DNA of 64,000 bases. Source: a virus. The position numbers and the translations under genes are program-made. Location of the stretch: IMG/VR virus record IMGVR_UViG_3300002334_000292; one strand, given 5' to 3'. Position 1 is the stretch's first letter; every line of letters starts with the position of its first letter. The notes beneath the pieces were generated by a model that saw nothing but the letters and a program-made list of their open reading frames with translations, had not been told where the DNA came from and made no database searches. This document shows, one piece after another, positions 36,345 through 45,053 of the stretch.

Positions 36345-37751
36345 ATGACAGCCAATATTATTCTCGACACCGACAGCTACAAGCAAAGTCACCATCTGCA
36401 GGACCCACCCGGTACCACGCACAAATCGTTCTACATCACGGCGCGGGGAAACCCGGACACTGATTGTGAAGTTGCATTTCTGGGGCTGCAGCCGTACATC
36501 GAAAATATGCGCATCAACGCACAGAATATTGAAGAAGCGCAAGACGTTATTCCGAAGCACATCCCCGGGCTGGAATTCAATTTCGATGGCTGGCAAACAA
36601 TCCTCAATGAATTCGATGGCTTTCTTCCTATCGCCATTGATGCGCTGCCGGAAGGAACTGTTGTCGAACGTGGTACACCGATGTTGCAGACGCACAACAC
36701 CGATCCTCGTTTTCCTTGGCTCTGTGGGCATCAGGAAACTCGTATGCTCCGTTCGATCTGGTATCCATCTACGGTTGGTACCAAATCTCGTGGCTACAGG
36801 AGATTGATCGAAGAAGCTCTCCGCAAAACAGGTGGCGATGTTGACTCCGCTGTATTCAAGCTCCACGATTTCGGTGCGCGCGGCGTATCATCTCGTGAAT
36901 CTTCTGCCATCGGCGGCTGGGCGCATCTCACCAGTTTTCAAGGTACGGATACAATGATGGCGCTGCTACATGCTCGCCAATATTACAATTGTGATATGGC
37001 TGGATTTTCCATACCGGCGTCCGAACACTCAACAATGGCCTGTTGGGGTGAAGGGCGAGAGGTCGAAGCATACCGTCACATGCTGGAGACTTTTGGTCAC
37101 ACGATGTTTGGCACCGTCTCAGACACATGGGATATTGAAAACGCCTGTACAAATGTTTGGGGCAACACGCTCAGAGATGAAGTTATTGCAATTCTTGGTC
37201 AGCTTGTCGTCCGCCCCGACTCTGGCGCAGTAATCCCAATGGTGCTAGATTGTTTGGATCGCCTCGGTGTCCAGTTTGGTATTACCTTCAACAATGATGG
37301 CTTCAAAATGCTGCACGATAAAGTGCGGTTGATCCAAGGTGATGGACTTGACGATACTTCTTTACCCCTCCTGATTGGTGCTATTGCTGATGCATTGTGG
37401 TCACTCGATAATACTGCATTTGGTATGGGTGGCGGTCTGCTGCAGAAGCACAATCGTGATGATTATAAATGGGCGATGAAATGTAATGCTATCTCATATG
37501 GTGATGAGGTCTGGCATGGAGTCAACAAAGAACCAAAATCTGATCCAGGCAAAGCGTCTGCAAAAGGCAGAGCCTGGGTGAGCCAAGAAAATCATGTCTG
37601 GTATTCCAGCAGACATCAGCTATTAAGTTTTGAGGAAGATACAAATCCGGTCTTTCCTAATGCGCTCATCACTCATTATGTCAATGGCTTCACAACCATC
37701 GACGGTGACATGGAAGCTATTCGTGAAAGGGTTGCTCAAGATGTCAGATAA
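36345..37751 (+). CDS. nadV: Nicotinamide phosphoribosyltransferase
   Basis: N-terminal ILDTDSYK, HDFGARG, VRPDSGA motifs; GGAG RBS. Confidence 0.85.
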   Translation: MTANIILDTDSYKQSHHLQDPPGTTHKSFYITARGNPDTDCEVAFLGLQPYIENMRINAQNIEEAQDVIPKHIPGLEFNFDGWQTILNEFDGFLPIAIDALPEGTVVERGTPMLQTHNTDPRFPWLCGHQETRMLRSIWYPSTVGTKSRGYRRLIEEALRKTGGDVDSAVFKLHDFGARGVSSRESSAIGGWAHLTSFQGTDTMMALLHARQYYNCDMAGFSIPASEHSTMACWGEGREVEAYRHMLETFGHTMFGTVSDTWDIENACTNVWGNTLRDEVIAILGQLVVRPDSGAVIPMVLDCLDRLGVQFGITFNNDGFKMLHDKVRLIQGDGLDDTSLPLLIGAIADALWSLDNTAFGMGGGLLQKHNRDDYKWAMKCNAISYGDEVWHGVNKEPKSDPGKASAKGRAWVSQENHVWYSSRHQLLSFEEDTNPVFPNALITHYVNGFTTIDGDMEAIRERVAQDVR

Positions 37752-38184
37752 AACATCAAAAGTACATGTGGTGGATTTCGAAGGATTCCCACACGAAATA
37801 GTTGTTCATGTTGCAAACATAACTGTAATGGAAACTCAAACCGTCAGAGGTTTCGCATATGCGCAGATGCTGGCTGAGAAAACGCAAAGAGAAGCTGGCT
37901 GGTATGATGGCAAGGAATTCAGCTTCCCTGAAACCACGGCTTTGATCCATTCAGAACTGTCTGAGGCGCTGGAGGCAGATCGTAAAAATCTCATGGATGA
38001 TAAACTCCCGCACCGTCACGGCATTGAAGGAGAATGGGCAGATGCGTTTATCCGCATGCTGGCTGCTGGAGGTAAACAAGGATACAATCTTGGCGCTACG
38101 GTTGTCGAGAAAAACCGGTACAATATGGATCGTGCCGATCACAAAAAAGAAAACCGGGACAAGGCCGGTGGAAAGAGCTACTGA
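37740..38184 (+). CDS. MazG-like nucleoside triphosphate pyrophosphohydrolase
   Basis: All-alpha ELSEALEA...EGEWADAFIRML acidic EExxE/D pattern. Confidence 0.5.
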
Positions 38185-38186
38185 TA

Positions 38187-38464
38187 TGTCAAAAATTACA
38201 CCTGGATCGACCGAAAGAATCTTGCCAGACGCAGAGATGGATCGCATGTATGATTCGATCGGTCGCCCTGCAACTACCAATCAGTTTACCGGTAGAAACC
38301 ATTTCATCACCGGCGATCAAGCCGAGAAAGATGCACTGGAGAAATCGCCGTACTGGTTTGCTTCCTACAATCTCCTTGACGACCGCACGATGTATCGTGT
38401 GAACGGCGAAGGCTTGGAAGCTCTGGCTCTGTACATCCTTGAATTGGATGAACCACATGTTTAA
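38187..38464 (+). CDS. hypothetical protein
   Basis: ORF. Confidence 0.4.
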
Positions 38465-38981
38465 GTTTGCTTCTCTTGGACAATACCTGCACACGAAATA
38501 CATGCCAGAATTATTAGCACACTGTGCAGACTCACCAAGCCGAGAACTCGACGCCCATATTGCTGCATCGGTGCTGCGATCTGATCCTAATTACGCATCA
38601 GAAATGACTAACGATCCAGACATGTATGCTAAGACCAGAGAGAACCCAAAAGATCGCGAGACAAATGATGGGTGCTACGAGGGTGAGTTTTGGACATGCA
38701 GTAACCAAGGCACTTTTATTGTACCGGCACCAAAATTCACAACTGATGCCGATGCAGCGCTGGCACTGGTCGAGCGGATGCTCCCAGACAAATCCAGACA
38801 CCATCGCATAATTTTACAGCGCAGCATGTGGCCGGAAGGCGATTATGGATGCAACTGGCAATGCGTAATTAGAGCGCATGCCGAAGATGGTCAAACGAGA
38901 TATGGATCAACCATGGGTCTGGCGCTTATGTCAAGCCTGTTCACCTTCTTACTAAAATTGGAGAATGAAAATGAAAAATGA
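38448..38981 (+). CDS. hypothetical protein
   Basis: ORF. Confidence 0.45.
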   Translation: MNHMFKFASLGQYLHTKYMPELLAHCADSPSRELDAHIAASVLRSDPNYASEMTNDPDMYAKTRENPKDRETNDGCYEGEFWTCSNQGTFIVPAPKFTTDADAALALVERMLPDKSRHHRIILQRSMWPEGDYGCNWQCVIRAHAEDGQTRYGSTMGLALMSSLFTFLLKLENENEK

Positions 38982-39528
38982 AATAACTCAAATGATGGAC
39001 ACAGTATTCAACTATGGCGTAAATAAAGCGCGGCTTCAAGCTGGCTTGGAAAACAAGACAAATCAAATCAATGACTTCAAGGCTTGCATGCAAATTCTAA
39101 AAGACAATCACAACAACGAGATGCAGGTCAGGGGGCAAGAGTTTGATGAGATGTCTAAGCGCATGGTCGCTGACACAGATAAAACTCATACAAAATTGGC
39201 AAACGATAACGATGCTCTGGATGATAAAATCCGGCATTTGAAAAACCTACTGATTGAAATTAGTTGCCCAGATGTAAGTAGGACAGCGGCTGTACCCGTA
39301 ACACTGGCGCGCGAAGGTCTGAGAGAACTTCTCGACGTTGACTATCTTGATTACCGAGCAGAGGCTGTGGAGCCCGAATTAGCAGATGATCAAGATTATG
39401 ACGACGATCCTAATCCAGGTTATGAAGGTGAAGAAGCGCAAGTACCGCAGAAAAAACAGAGCAAAGCTGAATACTTCGCAGAGAAGAAACGCTTGGCTGA
39501 TAAAAGCGTATCGCCGACCGGAAAGTAA
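38971..39528 (+). CDS. acidic coiled-coil hypothetical protein
   Basis: ORF. Confidence 0.45.
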   Translation: MKNEITQMMDTVFNYGVNKARLQAGLENKTNQINDFKACMQILKDNHNNEMQVRGQEFDEMSKRMVADTDKTHTKLANDNDALDDKIRHLKNLLIEISCPDVSRTAAVPVTLAREGLRELLDVDYLDYRAEAVEPELADDQDYDDDPNPGYEGEEAQVPQKKQSKAEYFAEKKRLADKSVSPTGK

Positions 39529-39589
39529 ACCTATAGGTTGACATTCCACGCCTAAAAGTAAACCTATAGTTATACAAATGGAGACGATA

Positions 39590-40132
39590 ATGACACACGA
39601 AACCAGACATGTAATGATCGACATCGAAACGCTTGGGACACAACCTGGCTCGGTTATCATTCAAATTGGGGCCAAGCGCTTTGATCCTCGCACCGGCTAT
39701 GTTTTTGTTAGAGATTTCGAGATGGGCATTGATCCAAATTACCCACCATCGCTCAACGCTATTATTGATGCAGAGACTTTGAAATGGTGGCTGCAGCAAG
39801 ACCCTAAAGTTCTGGCTAAAGTCATGTCCGGCACTCATAATATTGTCAATGGCATGCGTGGTCTTTCTGAATATTGTTCCGGTTGCACTCATTTTTGGGC
39901 TAAGTCACCAGACTTCGACATGGGTCTTCTGGGTTATTTTTATGGAAAGTATTACACATCAACGCCTTGGACATACAAGAATAGAATGGATGTGCGAACT
40001 GTGCTTGAAATGGCAGATGTAACACAGCCACCGGCAGTGACTCCACATGACGCCGTGTCCGATTGTGAGGCTCAAATCATAGGAGTGTTGACAGCTTACG
40101 AAAAATGCGGTAAGACTGTCGTACTCGCCTAG
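39590..40132 (+). CDS. DEDDh 3'-5' exonuclease (DnaQ-like)
   Basis: MIDIETLG (Exo I) and HDAVSDC (Exo III His-Asp). Confidence 0.6.
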   Translation: MTHETRHVMIDIETLGTQPGSVIIQIGAKRFDPRTGYVFVRDFEMGIDPNYPPSLNAIIDAETLKWWLQQDPKVLAKVMSGTHNIVNGMRGLSEYCSGCTHFWAKSPDFDMGLLGYFYGKYYTSTPWTYKNRMDVRTVLEMADVTQPPAVTPHDAVSDCEAQIIGVLTAYEKCGKTVVLA

Positions 40133-40340
40133 CAATAGGCACTTCAAACAGTGAGAAAACTTCACACCAACAAAGGAGACGCCCTGATGAAGAGCTAATC
40201 CAATCCCAATGAGAAACAAAACACACAGTAGCAAATAATACGAATTAATAAATTGACAGAACCTCGGTACGAGAAATCGCATCGGGGTTTTTGTTTGACT
40301 TAACGTCCATAAAGGTGTATGCAGAAGAAAAGGAATCAAT

Positions 40341-40634
40341 ATGAAAATAACTCAGCAAGGATCAAGAACAAACGTCACTATGACGTTTTCAAATGGGTAC
40401 AGCGTCAGTCTGACATCAGGCCACCGTGTAGGCTTGGAAGATTTTGGAATCATCTGGGCTGCATATTGGTCTGCAATCGACACCACCACAATCTCAGTTA
40501 ATGAGTGGATGTATGATGATGAAGCTACTAAGTTTCTTGATTACATGAGCAAACTGGAGCCAGTCAATAATACTGTTGACAGTAAAGAATATATCGACGC
40601 AGACATCATCAAAATTTTTGGAGGCAATGGATGA
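40341..40634 (+). CDS. hypothetical protein
   Basis: ORF with AAGGA RBS. Confidence 0.45.
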   Translation: MKITQQGSRTNVTMTFSNGYSVSLTSGHRVGLEDFGIIWAAYWSAIDTTTISVNEWMYDDEATKFLDYMSKLEPVNNTVDSKEYIDADIIKIFGGNG

Positions 40635-42046
40635 ACATCACCGGCAGACATTTAATCGAATGGGGTTTCAACCCCGGTCCATTGTTTCCTGTTATGTTGG
40701 CATATGCCAATCAGCAGACGTACATTGACGAGCGCAGTCTTGAAGGCATCAAAAACTTACTTTTGGCACAGGATGAATTCATTCCTGTACCAAAACTTGA
40801 GCTGAAACCTCTCAGCCTTGATCCCCTTGCCAATGTGACTTTCAACATCCTAACAACTGCTGGATGCGAATACGACCTAGATAACCTCTTGGCTGTAGAA
40901 AAAATCATGGGCAAACTCATGCGTACTCCGGTCGCCACTCGCGCAACTGTATTACCTGACGCCTGTCCTACTGGACCTAATTCAATGCCGGTTGGCACTG
41001 TTGTGGAAAGCCCACACATTCATCCCGGTTGGCACAGTGCCGATATCTGCTGCTCTATGTTCTTGACTGAGTACAAAAACGTAACCCCTGCTATCCTATT
41101 GGATGCGGTGAGTGATGCTGTGCATTTCGGCCCCGGTGGTCCAGACAGATATCGCATGACTGATGAATTGTTGGAAGCGTTCATGGGGAATTCATTCCTG
41201 AATGATCCACATATGTTGGACCTTGCAAACCGCCATCTTGGCAGTTCTGGCGATGGAAACCATTTTGCCTCGGTTGGCACTATGCAATCTAGCGGCAACA
41301 CTACTCTTGTAACTCACTCTGGTTCTCGCGGCCCTGGCGCTCGCCTATATAAAATTGGCATGAAGGCAGCTCAGAAATACACCAAGTCTATTTCTCCGGC
41401 TACCCATAAATCAAATGCTTGGATTGACTCTGAAAGCGCAGAAGGTATTGAATACTGGAAAGCTCTGCAGATCATGCGCGACTGGACTAAATTGAATCAT
41501 ACTTTGATTCATGCAAGTTCTAGTTATCGCGCTATGGCTAAGGCTAATAATATACGTACTGTTAACCGCTTCTGGAACGAACACAATTTCGTATTCAAGC
41601 GCAATGGCATGTTTCTGCATGGCAAAGGTGCGACTCCAGCCTTCGACGGTTGGGCAGATGATGCTAAAATGTTCACCATCATACCATTAAACGCCGCTGA
41701 GCCGATTCTAATCACTCGTGGCAGCGACAACCCTGATGCCCTTGGATTCGCTCCACACGGCGCAGGCAGGCTGATTTCACGCGCCCAGCACAAAAGAGAC
41801 CTAGTAGCCGTTGGTATCTCTGACGCGCAGGCTTTCGAAGAAGAAACTCGTGATATCGATATGAGGTTCTGGTCCGGCGAAGCTGACGTGACTGAGCTAC
41901 CATCCGCCTATAAAAATGCGTCGATGATCCGTGAAGGTATCAAAAAGTATGAGCTTGCACAGATCGTAGACCAAGTGTTGCCGTATGGATGCATCATGGG
42001 TGGTGTGTTCGATTGGCGAAATTATGCTAACGAGCAATTCAGCTAA
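40631..42046 (+). CDS. rtcB: RtcB-family RNA ligase
   Basis: GSSGDGNHFASVG, THSGSRGPGARLY, APHGAGR motifs; GGAGG RBS. Confidence 0.85.
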   Translation: MNITGRHLIEWGFNPGPLFPVMLAYANQQTYIDERSLEGIKNLLLAQDEFIPVPKLELKPLSLDPLANVTFNILTTAGCEYDLDNLLAVEKIMGKLMRTPVATRATVLPDACPTGPNSMPVGTVVESPHIHPGWHSADICCSMFLTEYKNVTPAILLDAVSDAVHFGPGGPDRYRMTDELLEAFMGNSFLNDPHMLDLANRHLGSSGDGNHFASVGTMQSSGNTTLVTHSGSRGPGARLYKIGMKAAQKYTKSISPATHKSNAWIDSESAEGIEYWKALQIMRDWTKLNHTLIHASSSYRAMAKANNIRTVNRFWNEHNFVFKRNGMFLHGKGATPAFDGWADDAKMFTIIPLNAAEPILITRGSDNPDALGFAPHGAGRLISRAQHKRDLVAVGISDAQAFEEETRDIDMRFWSGEADVTELPSAYKNASMIREGIKKYELAQIVDQVLPYGCIMGGVFDWRNYANEQFS

Positions 42047-42064
42047 ACAAATTGGAGTTTATAA

Positions 42065-42754
42065 ATGAAAAAACCATCGACAAGAGCTGATGGACTCGCT
42101 CGTGATATGATCGAAGGACGCCCAACGCGCCAGAGCAATCCATCTTCCTTGATGGAGTATGTTCGGAGCGGAGGTGACAAAGAACGCCTTGGCGGTGTAC
42201 TGGATCAGTTAGAGCAAGAGAAATCTGTACAGCCGACAACTGCCAAAATGACGATTGAGAAACTTATTGATTTGTGTAATACCACAAACGAACTTATTGA
42301 AGAAGCACTTTACGGCAGTGAAGAAGGCTATGCATGTACACGAACCGATGGCGAAGGAAACATATGCAAAGGTTTATTGGAATATTATCCTGATCATCCA
42401 GAGATGGGATGTTCATGCCACATAAACCCACCTTGCTCTTACTGCACCGATCAGCATTTAGAATGCCCGAAATGTGGATGGAAAGAAGAGTCAATTATTC
42501 ACATTATAAATGATCATGTAGTGTCAGTTAATAAAGACACCGGTGTGCTTACCAGCCATGGTCGGCGCAAGCTGGATAACACAAAAATCGATTATTATAT
42601 CAACTCCCACAGTAATTCATCTCAGATATGCGAAGGCGTATATCCTAAAGGGACAACACGAGCCGAAGTCTTAAAAAAAGTTGATGGCACTTTTGGGGGA
42701 AGATGGGAAAGTTTTGGCAACGGCAAATTTAAATTTATCGCGTACACTGATTAG
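42065..42754 (+). CDS. Cys-rich hypothetical protein (CSCHINPPCSYCTDQHLECPKCG)
   Basis: ORF with GGAG RBS. Confidence 0.5.
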   Translation: MKKPSTRADGLARDMIEGRPTRQSNPSSLMEYVRSGGDKERLGGVLDQLEQEKSVQPTTAKMTIEKLIDLCNTTNELIEEALYGSEEGYACTRTDGEGNICKGLLEYYPDHPEMGCSCHINPPCSYCTDQHLECPKCGWKEESIIHIINDHVVSVNKDTGVLTSHGRRKLDNTKIDYYINSHSNSSQICEGVYPKGTTRAEVLKKVDGTFGGRWESFGNGKFKFIAYTD

Positions 42755-42946
42755 GAGCATGCCATGAAATATACTATGAAGAAAAAAGAGCCACTAAACA
42801 CAAAAATATGGCACCGATGGTTTGCATGGCATCCTGTGATCACTCGACAGAATACTATTACATGGCTATCCTTTGTCTGCCGGAAACAAGAGTTCTGGCG
42901 TGGCGGTAGATGCTGGCACTATTCAAATACTGATGATTGAGGATTT

Positions 42947-43022
42947 TGGAGACATAGGTGGGAATCGAACCCACATGTGAAGATTTGCAGTCAACTGCGC
43001 TTACCGTTTCCGCCACTATGTC
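42947..43022 (-). tRNA. Solitary tRNA-like gene (possibly Cys-GCA) with two U-U mismatches in the anticodon stem
   Basis: Perfect acceptor GACATAG/CTATGTC, T-arm GTGGG-TTCGATT-CCCAC, CCA encoded; abuts the stop of the GGQ gene. Confidence 0.45.
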
Positions 43023-43374
43023 ATATTGTTTCTGTCCAGTTACCTGTGTCAGGATCGATAATCTCGACTTTTGTCTGGCGCAGCTGTTTATCAACTTTTG
43101 CATCCAGTCCATCGTACAACCCAAGTCTCTTGGCTGTCTCGATCTTATGCCATGCCTTGAATATGCCTGTGGCAGACATGCGCCTGAACGCTTCCATTTT
43201 GTTTCTGAGCTGAGACCGATGCTCTTCACAATTACCAACAGCACCAGAATCGATGTGAGTACACCGAACTGCGCTATCAGTTTTGTTACGCTTTTGACCA
43301 CCTTTGCCGGAACCTCGATAGAAGTCCCAGCGGCAGTCTTTAGCAGTTACAGAAAATAGAAGTTCTTTAGCCAT
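43021..43374 (-). CDS. GGQ-motif release-factor-domain protein (ArfB/PrfH-like peptidyl-tRNA hydrolase)
   Basis: GSGKGGQKRNKTDSAVRCTH matches the class I release factor GGQ loop; ~117 aa. Confidence 0.7.
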   Translation of the reverse strand: MAKELLFSVTAKDCRWDFYRGSGKGGQKRNKTDSAVRCTHIDSGAVGNCEEHRSQLRNKMEAFRRMSATGIFKAWHKIETAKRLGLYDGLDAKVDKQLRQTKVEIIDPDTGNWTETI

Positions 43375-43757
43375 TACGCTGCGCGGACCATAGGATCGGC
43401 GCATGAAGCAAAGTCACTAAGACGTTTTGCATTCTTGCGAGCGCGCTTGGCATGTGCCGCATTGATGCGTCCCTGATGCAGCTCGGCATTTTGCGCCGGA
43501 GACAAACAGGTGGGGTGAGCATAAATGATTGGAGGTCCGCCCCAGCGAGCAATCTTTTTCAGATGATCTGCAAAGACTGGCAGAAATCTATCTCGAAAAC
43601 CTTTGCGCTTCTGAACTGAAACGCGAGAGGTATTCACGGCGTCCATCATTGCGGCGAGGAAGCCATTTGAATATGGATTTGTGCGTTGAGGTACGCCAAG
43701 TGCAGCTGCTGCGCCGGATGACATAACAGCGTTTTTGAGGGATTTCAGTAGTGACAT
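43374..43757 (-). CDS. hypothetical protein, translationally coupled (TAATG) to the GGQ gene
   Basis: ORF. Confidence 0.5.
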   Translation of the reverse strand: MSLLKSLKNAVMSSGAAAALGVPQRTNPYSNGFLAAMMDAVNTSRVSVQKRKGFRDRFLPVFADHLKKIARWGGPPIIYAHPTCLSPAQNAELHQGRINAAHAKRARKNAKRLSDFASCADPMVRAA

Positions 43758-43797
43758 TTATTTCTCCTGTCGAGGTTAATATTACCCGAACATAGAG

Positions 43798-44028
43798 TTA
43801 ATCACTCTTTCTGTCAAGGTTGCTATCGAATGGGATGCAAGTGATATTCACTTCATTGATAAATGGTGGCTTGAAGCGAATCACTTCTGCAGCCACCCTC
43901 CGACATATATCCATAGAAGGAAAATTGCGTGGACTGAAATCCTGCTGATATTTGTCGTTGAGCATTAGCCCAGCTTCGCCATAAATCATGCCGACCAGTA
44001 CAAAGACTGTCATTGTTACGCCTGTCAT
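43798..44028 (-). CDS. small membrane protein
   Basis: ORF. Confidence 0.4.
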   Translation of the reverse strand: MTGVTMTVFVLVGMIYGEAGLMLNDKYQQDFSPRNFPSMDICRRVAAEVIRFKPPFINEVNITCIPFDSNLDRKSD

Positions 44029-44549
44029 TTCGATCTCCTTATCATCGCCCTGACACGAGCCAGAACTTTCGGTTTACCAGCAATGCTGATGTGATTTGCG
44101 TTCTTCACTACGATAACGGTACCACGATTTAGTGGTCTACCAATGGGATCGTCGGTGATAAAATTGTCTACGAAGCGAGGCACCCTGGAAACCACAGGGG
44201 ATTTCGGCGCGTCGATGATGGCGAGATAGTCGATCTTGATTCCCTCTGCTGCCAACCGGCGCGAGAGCTTCGCTGCAGCGGTACCACCGAGCGAGTGACC
44301 AATGATTATGAGTGGGCGATGGAGTATACCGGCTTCACTTCTTTTTATGATGTCATTGTAGATGCGATTACCGGCATGCCGTGTGTAAACCTTCGCGCCA
44401 ACTTTTGATGAAAGAGATTTTAACCCATGACCAAAAGAAGAGCCGCCAAGCCCCATGATTGCATATGATGGTTTTGCAGGATTATATTCTGACGTGGTTG
44501 TGCAACCAGCCATGAATATGAGAATAAAAATGAGAAGTAGTTTACGCAT
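44025..44549 (-). CDS. lipoprotein with alpha/beta-hydrolase (esterase/lipase) GHSLGG motif
   Basis: Lipobox FMAGC; GxSxG nucleophile elbow. Confidence 0.55.
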   Translation of the reverse strand: MRKLLLIFILIFMAGCTTTSEYNPAKPSYAIMGLGGSSFGHGLKSLSSKVGAKVYTRHAGNRIYNDIIKRSEAGILHRPLIIIGHSLGGTAAAKLSRRLAAEGIKIDYLAIIDAPKSPVVSRVPRFVDNFITDDPIGRPLNRGTVIVVKNANHISIAGKPKVLARVRAMIRRSK

Positions 44550-44672
44550 ATCGTCACCTTTTTATGGGAGCGCAGAGGCAGGAACAACAACAAACCCGCC
44601 TCCGGCTCAACCTATAGCGAAGTCACAGGGGAATGAACTCCGCTAATAAGGTAACATTTTTTCAAAGAATCT

Positions 44673-45032
44673 TCAAGAATTCTTTGCTAATATCTTCAAA
44701 CGTATGTCGATCCACTCCATTAATTGTGGAAGAGTTATGCAACCGGCACCGCCAGCGACAATTTCTCCGCCCCTAAATAGAACGAAACTGGGAGCAAATT
44801 TGCAATCATATGTGATCCCAAGGTCTTTGTCTTCATCCAAATCGGAGTATAAAAACAAACACTTATCGCCAATCTTCTTTTCGGCGTTATCAAGAATGAT
44901 ATCAAATTTGTTGCAGGGACCAGCCCATTCAGTCACAAAAGTCAGAAGAATTAAATCATCTGCCTTCTGAGCCTGGAGTAATTTTGCAAATTCATCGCAA
45001 AGGACGAATGAGAGTTGATCTGGTTTCTGCAT
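44673..45032 (-). CDS. thioredoxin-fold protein (WAGPC, monothiol variant of WCGPC)
   Basis: Motif seen. Confidence 0.5.
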   Translation of the reverse strand: MQKPDQLSFVLCDEFAKLLQAQKADDLILLTFVTEWAGPCNKFDIILDNAEKKIGDKCLFLYSDLDEDKDLGITYDCKFAPSFVLFRGGEIVAGGAGCITLPQLMEWIDIRLKILAKNS

Positions 45033-45053
45033 TAAATTCTCCGTGCCCTATAT

